A DNA stretch of 33,295 nucleotides from Sphaeroforma arctica JP610 (lineage: Eukaryota). The translations under genes were made by a program, and so were the position numbers. The notes beneath the pieces are model-generated. The model did not search any database. It saw only the letters and a list, made by a program, of their open reading frames with translations, and was not told the DNA's origin. Where the stretch lies: NCBI RefSeq assembly GCF_001186125.1, contig NW_014040478.1:135627-168921 (forward strand). Direction: 5' to 3'. Of this stretch, positions 23,176 through 33,295 are shown one piece after another (position 1 is the stretch's first letter; every line of letters begins with the position of its first letter).

Positions 23176-26059
23176 TACTACCCATTATCACATCAATGGT
23201 TATCACGGACACATCTATCGTATCCATAATCATATCGAATTCTTCATCACATCTAAAACAGTGGCGAACAAATGTATGAACATATAGTAGGTATGTCATA
23301 AGCTTAGATTATCTTGATGATGTAGAGCATCTTGCAGTATATCAAAGCCATCCGGAATGACAACGAGCGATATTGCATGGGCTACAACGACAGCCCAAGA
23401 CTTATAAATCTAGTGCTAAAGGCAGCGACTGCTAGTAGCATAACTAAAGTCGGCGATACCAAGGTACAAGGAAGAATAACTTCTGGACAAGTCCGATATG
23501 TTTCAACCGCTGTCATACAACCCGATCTCGATGATCCACGTATACGCTTATTAAACTCCATGAAGCATAAATATAAGCATCAAAGGAAGAAAGTGGAACA
23601 TATATTAGTTTTACAAATCAGTTGGGCGATGACAACGTATCATCACATATTAGGGAGGCATTGACAATGTTAGTATACTTTCACAGCAAGTAGATAACGA
23701 TGTAGTTGCCACACTTCAAATGAGTATTGCTAAAGCAGCAATAGCGATACAAACAGGTAACAGAAATACGATCATCACACAGCAAAAAAAAACCCCCATG
23801 TGACACGTGCGTCGACTCAGTCTGGTAGTGGAAACTCGAATTATAGCAACCAACAATTGCTACAAGCAAACACAAGCAACGCATCTACTAGCAACGTACA
23901 CACGAGCACGAGTACAGGAAACACATCGACCAACAGCAACATTAGGACCACACGAACATTGGCGACACATCGACTAGCAGTAATGAGGAACACAAAACAC
24001 TTAAATCAGGGAGACAAGAAGTTAAAATCAGGGAGACAAGACCATCCCCAAAAATTGAAAAGAAGGCATTGAGTGCTGTGGGACTAGACAATATCATCAA
24101 ACTCTAAAACACTATGGGTAGATCGTGCTAGTTCAAACGTGCTACACTTTAAAGTGTGCCCTTTCTGCTTTTTGCGTTATAATGGGACGAGCACTGGTTT
24201 CGATTCCCACTCGTGCAATATTTTCGGCAGATACCACCATGCATTTTGCCATCGATCCGGAGATACGGCGGGTAGCGTAAGCAAAGGTTCTGCTATTTCT
24301 GCTTCCCTAGCGAAATAAATATATGCGTACATGAATACCGTTTAGCATTTGGGAAGTTGCTTTAGTATTTAGAATCAGAACTGACCACGACACGTAGTCA
24401 ACGAAGACGTGACAATATACTTATTATTAGCTCTTATACTGGCGCTATCGGCACTACTGTATCAAGAGAGGGACGTGCTGCGAGAAAATCTTCTAAATAC
24501 ATAGATAGGGATGTGCTTATTTCTTTGTATGTGATGAGGGTGAGCCGTTAGATCTGAACATGAATGAAGATGATGTATAGAGCTCGATAGGGGACGGAAA
24601 TACCGCATGTAGGGAAACAGCAGAGCAGGCATGGAATAACTCGTATGCAGGAATAGCTAAACCAGATCCCCTTGTTCGAGCTATTTACATGCAGGTGAAA
24701 TTCAACCAAAAAAATCAACACTATTGCGTTCAAAAAGAAGATATGTACAGACGACGTGTACGTTCTCTCATCGGATGAGATATTTGACGTCACTACATTG
24801 GAGAAAAAACTCGTGTAGCTCGCAAGGTCGCTATAAATGAAAGAAGCGAGACACCCAAACAGTAGATGATAGTTAAGAATTCACTATTCAGGTGTACATG
24901 ACATACATGTAAAGAGTATGACCTCAATCAAGGAATTTACGGAGCAACCAGCCGGTGATCGGCGAGCTATCAACTTAGAGGACTAGGCGCAAAAAAAGTA
25001 AGACTACTATCCTTTATACTGTAATAATCGTATACAGTCTATATTACTTTACGTTTCCACGTAATTCGCCAGTTTTTCAAAGCCGCTTGAATGTTCGAGG
25101 TGGTAATTTTGTCCTAGTTTGGACAGCTGTCAAATATTCAGTTTTGACAGGCGTTTTGCACTCTGGTCTGGTGAGTGAGGGTTTTTTTTATCCCTGGGCG
25201 AGATTCGAACTTTAGGGCTACCAATGTCGAAACCTATAGGATCTATAGTAGCCATGGTAGTTGAAAACTATAGTAGCTAAAACAACTATATTAGTTAGAA
25301 ACTATATAATTGTAGCAATTGAAAACCATCTCCGTACTCTATAAGTGTACTAATGCATTTTCAAATGTCCAAAAAATGGGTTAATTTGCCTAATGCGAAT
25401 AGCATCTACCTTTTCGTTTCACGTCTTCCAGAACTTCAGATTTACGTCAGCATCTGCTTATACTATTAAGGACCCGCTATTTTTACACACTCTCCAAGCA
25501 GTAGTTTCAGTAGCCGGTCGCAGGCTTTCTTGCCCACCCTAGGTACTGGTAGTGCAGTAAGTGCATTCGTCGTGAAAACTCAACAACAACAAAATAAAAA
25601 TTTGAGTTTAGTAGCTTAGAACTGTAAAACATCTAATATAATAAATGCAGTAGTTCGGTCACTTAAAATTGTAGTCAAAACCGAGTAAAGCTTAGTAAAG
25701 ATTGTCAGGTCTGAGTAAGTGAACTCGCTCAGATGTGCCGTTATGATCGACGCTACTGCTATACGTGGGACGAGATTTCCTCGAACAACAGGTTTCAGTA
25801 TGGTTTTGGCTCCTAGTTACTAAATGAGAGAGTACAAGAGTTAATTTATGTCTACATACATTGATATCGTTTTATGCCATCAGTCAGAGAGTAATTTGAG
25901 ACTTGTTCTCAAAATATTCTATTTATAGATGGGTCAGCCCGAGAGCACATGAGAGTAGTTTCAGATATTTCTCAGATTGTTCTATTTGCAAGTAGGCCAC
26001 CGGCCAGCCCGAGAGTACGTAACATTAAAAATTATATATTTATTTATGTAAATGTATCA

Positions 26060-26190
26060 TGGTACTAAAGTGTTCTGTAAAAGGTTTCTCAAACTGATCA
26101 AATAAGTGTTTTTACCCTCAAAAACCCAAGTGGTGAAACTTTAGTGCAAACATCATCAGAATAAAACTGAGGGTGAGATCAGAATTATAC
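26060..26190 (+). repeat. Third partial copy of the inverted-repeat arm
   Basis: taaagtgttctgtaaaaggtttctcaaactgatca...cccaagtgg...gggtgagatcagaa matches the arm segment taaagtgctctgcagaaagtttctcatactgacca...cccaagcgg...ggtgaggtcagaa. Confidence 0.65.
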
Positions 26191-26519
26191 TCCTTCGAAC
26201 GCACCATTCTTTAGATACAATACCAATTTACTTATAGTCGCCCACCCTACACGCTAACACTAAATTATGATTGATGACGCAAATGCGTCATTGCCCTCCA
26301 GTAAGCCAATTTTTCAGATTGGCTACTCTTAATAAGTTCTCTAATATCTCATCCAGTCCGGTTCTCTTGTCCGGTCCTAAAATCTCGTACTAGGGCACTT
26401 TGCCCGCACACGTACGTGCTAAGAGTGAAAGCTTACAACCAGAGCTCAAGAAAGGCTCAATCAATCTGGAGCTGGTTCATTTTGTATATAGGAATACAGA
26501 GCCACCTTTTCATGAACCC

Positions 26520-26920
26520 TTGTGACAAAAGGAAGGAGGTACTATACATTCCGCCATTTCATTGCAAGACGATTTAAAAGTGATGCAACACGACAAGCAT
26601 AATATTTTGTACGCTGGTTGGAAGAATTTCCGATGTAGGGGACTGCAGATACATTTTGCATGTTCTGTTTTTCAGATGCTACTCTATCGCTGAAATTTAT
26701 ACTTGAGCCTAAGGTAATTGCAGACCCTGTATAACTATTTCTCATTGAAACAAATATCAATCGAACAACACTTGTGTTCCTTCAATATTTTGGCCACTAT
26801 TTCTTTCTTCTTTTATAACTGAGGATAATCTGAAGATGATCATGCGCTGCTCAAACTTTATTGTATTTTTGTGAGAAGCACGGACCGCAGAGTTTTTCTT
26901 CTTCTCAATGACGTCGTTGC
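26520..26920 (-). mobile_element. Penelope-like element thumb/linker relic with possible start of the GIY-YIG region
   Basis: NSAVRASHKNTI..RLSS (~SxHPxSHK..RLCS), EIVAKILKEHK (~IL.xNGY), VPYIGNSSNQ (~LPYIGxxS) and RNV*YLLP (~NVVYKIPC) occur in the expected order, with frameshifts. Confidence 0.45.
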
Positions 26921-27868
26921 AGTATGCTGCAGCACACCTGCCTATGCAATAAAATTAAATACTCTAATTACACGAGAGTACGGTTAGAACTTCGCTAGTC
27001 TAATATACTCTTATATATTCTGTAATATTCTTTTTTCTATCGTGTGCCTTAAAACTGACCAGTAAATAGGATTGACAAACGTACACATGTGTACATAAAA
27101 ACCGATTATATGATTTGAAAAGATAGATAACAAACAAAAACGTGCATGACCCATGTAATGTATCATAGCCAGGTCTTTTCTTTACTTGCTTTGTCCTGAC
27201 CCTCCCTAGAGGACGGGGTACTCTCCAAACATCCATCCCGGAGGAGAAAAGTCATTTTTCTTTTCTCTTTCCAAATCCAGAGAAAAAATAAGGAGCGGTT
27301 TGTTCACAGAGAAATAGTTTTATTTTCTGCTGATAGATCATAGAAATGATTCTTTTTATTTTCAGTTGTCAGTAGCATACATTCTTTTTATCCAATCGAA
27401 ACGCTTGGTTATTGACTAGGGATTTTTAATTTCAATTTGGGGTAAATTATTATGTCTACGTGCACATCAGGTTTAATATTCGTTGGAAAGGTTCTGGAGA
27501 TATTGAGGGAAAGTTAATATTGTCGAACTGCCGCGAGAAGCTCGGGGCGAGTGATGCAACGATGGAGGACATACGGTGCGTTCATTCGTAACGATGGATA
27601 TGGAACACTTCCACCATTGGGTGGGAGCGTGACATTCTGTGGAATAAAGATGGCCTCCACTCGTAGTGGTAATTTGGGCTGAGTCAGTCTGATTATTTTT
27701 GAACGTGATACCAAGAAGGGTAAGGCTATCATCCCCAATTCTATTTCAGAGCGAAGTTAGAGGCTGTCCGATACCACAACACACAACTGATGTATTTAGA
27801 AAATTCTGGTTAGCCGGGAAGTTTCATGGGCGGTACCAGAAGGGTTTAGGGTTTCCCTAAAACCCTAA

Positions 27869-28104
27869 ACGACTTTTCTTTTTGGTTCGAAAATATACAT
27901 TAGATACGTTCGGACCTAAATGTATGGTGCAAATATCACTTCTTGTGTGCCCAGTTATTATTGGGCTCTAAACAGCTTGTTTACACCTCTTTAGCTCCTC
28001 AGTCTATACTGTTCCTCAGACTGATCAAATCTTAAAGGTCTGTACTGGGTACGAATCGGTTGTGATGTTTTCAACGCATGAAATGAGATTTTGTTTCCTC
28101 TAAG
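27869..28104 (-). pseudogene. Duplicated 3' end of TRAPPC12 (last ~24 codons, stop and ~155 nt of 3'UTR); direct repeat of 28293-28528
   Basis: About 236 bp with 18 substitutions by manual count, offset 424 bp. Encodes RKQNLISCVENITTDSYPVQTFKI* versus RKQDLIPCVENITTDSYPVQALKI* in the gene. Confidence 0.9.
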
Positions 28105-28448
28105 ATACACTGTCGGACGCAACCAGCCAATATTCCTGACGCTATTTATCGTATTTCGAGCTTGCACCACCTCGTTCTTGAAGGGCATCCTTGGTCCTCT
28201 CTGGTTTCCGTTTTGACCAAAGTCTACACCCGGAATATTCGTATTTGCCACATACACATGGGCCAAATGTTTAGGTAGGAAAACGAAATACTACGACTTT
28301 TCTTTTTGGTTCGAAAATATACATTAGATACGTTCGGGCCTAATTATATAGTGCAAATATTACTTCTTGTGTGCCCAGTTATTATTGGGCTCTAAACAGC
28401 TTGTTTACACCTCTTCCGCCCCTCAGTCTATACTGTTCCTCAGCCTGA

Positions 28449-31400
28449 TCAAATCTTTAAGGCCTGTACTGGGTACGAATCGGTTGTGATGTTTTCGACG
28501 CATGGGATGAGATCCTGCTTCCTCTCAGCACTGCGGGAGGACTCTAACTCGTGCATAGTCGAAAGATTAAGAACTAATTGCGATGGAGGCACTTCATTTC
28601 TGGCCGTTTTCTCATTGAGCAAGGCTTTGGAGGTGGCGATGGACTCTGGAACGGCGCGTATACCATGATATAGATGAGCGCACGAGCATGCAATTGGCGA
28701 ATGGAAGTAAAAGATGGGTACTGCGTTTGATCATGGTATAGTAGCGAGCAGTATGATTCTGAAACGAGTCTAAAGAAGAGAAGAGAACAGAAGAACGAAT
28801 ACGAGTTCGACAACGAAAACAGGAACCCTGATAGTAGGATGCCAGAGGAATGAAATGAAGAAAGAGGCAAGCCGCTAGGGCCACGTACTTGCAGATAGGG
28901 GGGTATAGCTCACACGAACACACATCCAAGGTAAAACCCTCGTTCACGTCCTTGTATAATTTTGAGTAGAAACGGAATAGGTACACCACTAACCTGACAG
29001 CCGACCGAGATACACATAAGCCACTCCGAGATTGTTGACAACAGTTGTATCGTTTGGCGCTAGCTCTTGAGCGGATAAGAATACTTTCAGCGCGTCGTTG
29101 AAAGACCCTGATAGAAACATACGATGGCAAGAGTCTTAGTGGGCGCACAGAAGAGGACACATTGATTCCGGACGCTGCAACACGAGTACATCATATCTCA
29201 AAGCAAAGAACAATACACAGAGATGCAGCATACGGTTAGTGTGACATGGGCGCATACCAAATGTATCTTGCAACATGCACTTCTCACATATGCTTACCCT
29301 TTGATAGTAATAGATTGCCCTTGTTGATGAGCAGGTCGACTCTAAGAGTTCTGATAGAAGCCTCCTGTGTATCCTCCGCAGACGCCTTTTCTAACAAAGG
29401 CTGGAATTGAAAAACATTGCACACAATTTAGGTACAAAGTATGGATCGAAGCTGCAGTTGGAGAGCGTAGCACATTTGAGATAAGCGTAGCTCCCAGGTG
29501 AAGTTGGCAACTTGAGGCGAATTGACAAGTCAGAAAACAGTATTTCTCTCTCGAATAGCACATTCTTATGCTGAATACACCGAAGGAGTGATCAAATGAA
29601 AATTGATAAAAAAAAAGTCCTGTTCGAAACAAAAGGTCTATTACCGTTGGCAGACTTGTGCATGCCGAATGCAAAGAAGCATATAAAATTCTCTTAAGAC
29701 ACACAGCTGTTGCTGTCACATGCAGAAAAGTACAGGAGAATCAGAATGAAGTTTGTGCATACAATATTTGCGTAGTAAAAAACTTGCCCATTCTGACACG
29801 CGCGTGTAGACAAGTAAATATATACAAGTAGATACATAGGCACTTAATTAACAAACGAAAAACGATACACTGTAATCTGTCAAATTATAAATACAACATA
29901 AGGAATATAGAAACTTTTCTGTAGCTACAGCTATAATACCTGAATGTGAGTACCTATGCAAACCGCAAACTGAACACATACTATGTACACCTATTCGTTT
30001 GAGGCCAATCGCGTAGATAAGGCTCGTGCTGGCATGCATGCGCCATCTCTGTCATGCATGTATGTAACCCCACAAAGTAGCGTACAGCACTGCCCTACAG
30101 CCGCCTTCTGTACAGCATACCTGTGTCAGTGCCTCTGCCTCGTTAGTGCAATCTGTGGCTGCCGTAATGTCACCTACTGCGATATGTACGCGCGCGCGGT
30201 ATATCAGCCGATACGCCCCCACCCTACAGCGGTACTCACTATCACGTGCTTGTGAGGGCTCCGGGAGGGCCGACAAAATGTCCAGGGCCAACTGGAACTC
30301 GTTCAGCTGTACCAGAATCCACACTAACACGCCGGCAACCTTCTCCTCCCTCTCTTCCCATACTAAAAACTCCTCGGACCCCTAAGATGGGATCAGCAAA
30401 GTACATCCTGTTGAGTTACATACCATGTCGTGCTATAGACTACAAATATTCGATATACATTGTGGAATACATGTGCAGTATTCCATATACACACATGCAC
30501 GCACAATAGACCAATATCGGTCTCACTAATGTGCCTTCCATGAAGGTCTACAGCGGTATGCTTGTCATTTATGATACTTCTGCATGCTCCATATCAGCAC
30601 TCATATACAGGTATTATCTCAATCGGCTACAAAGTGCACTTCAACCCCGTGCATACGATACGCACACTAACCATGGGCCACAGCATTGAACATACAGCTA
30701 GACCAGACAAGACCCTCGTTTGATATATTCATGAACAATGAAAACCTAGAACGACAACCGATGGAGTAATTCCAAACATCAAGCATACAAGCTTGAGCAC
30801 AAGTCAGTCTCCGGATGCTACGAGTTACGACAGAAAGCACACCGCGAACTCGCGTGCACGACAAACGGGCAGATCCCACGAACCACTCCACACGGACTAA
30901 TTATCTTTACAGAATATCCCAATGCAAGACAGTACGACATGCAGACAACCATTTCTTTCGAATCATTCACGACACGGCAGGGTATCGTCTCGAAATACGC
31001 GTCCGAAAAAAAAAGAGAGAGAAATTGGTTCACAAATTAAACTTTGACCCAAACTTGTACCGCTCTGATTCATTCTGCGTACCTGCTTGCCGTCCCATCT
31101 CGCCTTCTGCTCTCGCACGCGATGCCACAGACCGTAGATGTGATCTAGCGCGTCATGCTCATGTCCCGCCTTGAACTATAATGCGAAGGATGAATTTATA
31201 GGGGATGCAAGTAAGGGTAGGATCATGTGGAATACAAGCCACGGGTTTATGATTGGTTGTCGTCGTCGGCGTATTAGGACTGTAGCATGGCTCGATTGAG
31301 ATTCAACACTTCTCTAGGTTGCGTTGAAATCACTCCAATGGGAAGAAGCCCGATAGATCGTAAGAATAATGTGCACATGAAGATTTAGCATACAATTAAA

Positions 31401-32760
31401 TGTACGACAGAGAGAACAGACAAACAGACACACATCATAACACTGCAGACAAACAGACAAACAGATAAACAGACAAATAGACATATATCATGTCAAACAG
31501 ACAAACACACATACACCATAACACTGCAGACAAATAGGCATACAGCATAGCAAACAGACAACCAGACATATATCATGTCAAACAGAGAGATAGACATAAA
31601 TCATAACACTGCAGACAAATAGGCATACAGAATAACAAACAGACAACCAGACAACCAGACATACATCATGTCGAACAGAGAGATATACATAAATCATAAC
31701 ACTGCAGACAAATAGGCATACAGAATAACAAACAGGCAACCAGACAACCAAATATACATCATGTCGAACAGAGAGATAGACATAAATCACAACACTGCAG
31801 ATAAATAGGCCTACAGAATAATAAACAGACAACCAGACAACCAGACATACATCATGTCGAACAGAGAGACAGACATAAATTATAACACTGCAGAGGGTCG
31901 CGAAACTAAATTCATACGCGAGACTGCAACCTCTACTCCCAAGAGGATCCAATCCGATTTCACCAAACTCAACAACGCACGCAGGGCTACTCACCGGTAC
32001 AACTCCCGCTAAGAGGTGCAGAGCGAAAGGCAACGTGTCTACCGGGCCACTGCTACCGGACGCTCTGTCGGACTGGTCACAGGACTCGTGGTCAATGCCG
32101 TATCTGCCAAGGTCTCCCAGGACATCCAGCGTGTGCAGTGCTTTCTCCCACAGGCCCAGTACCGATAGAGACGACAATCGCACCAGCTACAGAGAAGCCG
32201 AGTGTCGAGAGAAGGACAGGTTTAGAAGCCTCTCGTTTACTTTAGGTGCAAATGCCACGCGCACCATGGCAGTGGCACCCGTAGCCATTTGCACACCACA
32301 CCCACACACGCAAATCTAGGGCAGGAAGTTTTAAACCCTAAACTCTATCCCAAAAACTGCGGTGGAGAGTGATCGTAGTAGAGTGCGCTGTGTTCGTACC
32401 ACGACGACAGCGAGCGACCACTTACAAGAGCACTGCACACCACACACTGACCTGACACCATAGATGACAAATCTGTTCATATAAACACTCTGCATACGAA
32501 CATCCGACCCTTCTCGCCGTCGCAAACTTGCACACCTACCATCATCTGCAGCGTTTCAGGCGTATCTGGCTTCGCGTCCACCCCCGCCGAGAGGCTCTTG
32601 AGGTAGATACCCGTGAAGTCGACTGCAGCCCGAAAGCACTTGTTCTGCAGCAGCTTCATCACGCCCTGCACATTCTCAGGCACATCTAGGGCTGTGATGG
32701 TCCATCTCTCGCTGGCTCTCTCTTCACCGTAGAACTTGAGTAGCAGATCCGTTACTAGAT
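28449..32760 (-). CDS. TRAPPC12: Trafficking protein particle complex subunit 12 (TRAPPC12/TTC15), 3' part; 5' exons lie beyond the right end
   Basis: Exons 32540-32760, 31995-32186, 31083-31175, 30121-30381, one unresolved small exon (perhaps 29991-30048), 29298-29390, 28994-29107, 28449-28645. Motifs: FRAAVDFTG..TPETLQ, LVRLSSL, LPFALHLL, ARVHIAVGDI, TPR VVNNLGVAYVYLGRL, and the diagnostic C-terminus LVLNLSTMHELESSRSAERKQ..DSYPVQALKI*. Confidence 0.92.
31412..31894. repeat. Intronic minisatellite, about 5.5 copies of an 81-93 bp unit
   Basis: acactgcag anchors at about 31446, 31527, 31612, 31705, 31798 and 31891 (periods 81, 85, 93, 93, 93). Built from cagacaaa/cagacaac submotifs. Confidence 0.95.
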
Positions 32761-33129
32761 CTACGACATAAGACGAGCAATGGAAACTATAAGTCCAGCA
32801 GTACCAAGTACACTTACAGGTTAAGAGGGTGCCATCTTGTAGACTATCACACGTGTGTGGGATATTATACATTTTCATCGTTGATGCTATGCTAGAAGCA
32901 CAGAAACATGCTATAAGGTTACAAGCTACACACGCTGCACACCCAAGGGATTGAAAACGATACGCCACGAAAATAGTCATACAAGAGATGAGGTGTACCT
33001 CAATTTATGTATATGTGCAGTTACACCGATTTATGGAACATTATTTACATATATCTAGGAATACTATTTACATAGAAATATTCACGAATATAAGAGTATA
33101 TGTCAATATATCCATATGCATTCCCGCAC

Positions 33130-33295
33130 ATATACACAAAAACATATAAACAAACATACAGACACACACACAGACACACACATAATATACAAGTATATAT
33201 ATATATATATACATACATACAAAACATATATACATACATACATACATACATACATACATACATACATACATACATACATACGTACATACATACAT
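33130..33295. repeat. (CA)n/(TA)n/(TACA)n microsatellite, intronic in TRAPPC12
   Basis: Directly visible. Confidence 0.95.

Noticed and set aside
23332..24072. Plus-strand ORFs of 110 and 90 aa, one S/T/N-rich
   Set aside because: Non-ATG starts, no recognisable domain and no consistent splice model. Probably decayed repeat DNA.
24185..24218. tRNA T-arm-like GGTTTCGATTCCCACTCGTGCA
   Set aside because: No matching 5' acceptor strand, D-arm or anticodon arm. At most a decayed tRNA or SINE fragment.
25191..25215. B-box-like GTTCGAATC on the minus strand (aagttcgaatctcgc also at ~21805)
   Set aside because: Cannot fold a cloverleaf and no A-box was found.
26828..26858. Possible hammerhead ribozyme core (CTGAAGA...), expected near PLEs; also ~19015
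   Set aside because: Lacks an intact stem II and GAAA. An Infernal hammerhead search would be needed.
27470..27550. Chromodomain-like FNIRWKGSGD..LSNCREKL
   Set aside because: The conserved TWEP core is missing and there is no adjacent integrase on that strand.
31412..31894. CRISPR-like array
   Set aside because: Whole units repeat with no unique spacers, the context is a eukaryotic intron, and there are no cas genes.

Overview
Intron-rich eukaryotic genomic DNA from a draft scaffold (20-N gap at 5827-5846) with long (TA)n/(TG)n microsatellites in introns. The gene content and style fit a unicellular holozoan, possibly an ichthyosporean such as Sphaeroforma, but this is inference only. Four protein-coding genes can be read: the first exon of a signal-peptide kelch-repeat protein (minus, runs off the left end); the first exon of an ACL4-like TPR protein (plus, cut by the gap); a complete 20-exon retinoblastoma-family pocket protein of about 1157 aa (minus, 7212-16124, one GC-AG intron); and the 3' part of TRAPPC12 (minus, 28449 to beyond 32760). 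The roughly 12 kb between Rb and TRAPPC12 is mostly decayed transposons: a Ty3/Gypsy pol relic, a 2.5 kb element bounded by ~470 bp inverted repeats that encloses a Penelope-like RT relic, a second Penelope-like fragment next to a third repeat arm, and a duplicated TRAPPC12 3' end abutting head-to-head telomere-like repeats. Candidate regulatory sites are an E2F/CHR (DREAM-type) motif upstream of Rb and a Myc-type E-box upstream of ACL4. No intact novel multi-gene system is evident. All calls come from manual translation and recalled family motifs; no database searches were run.
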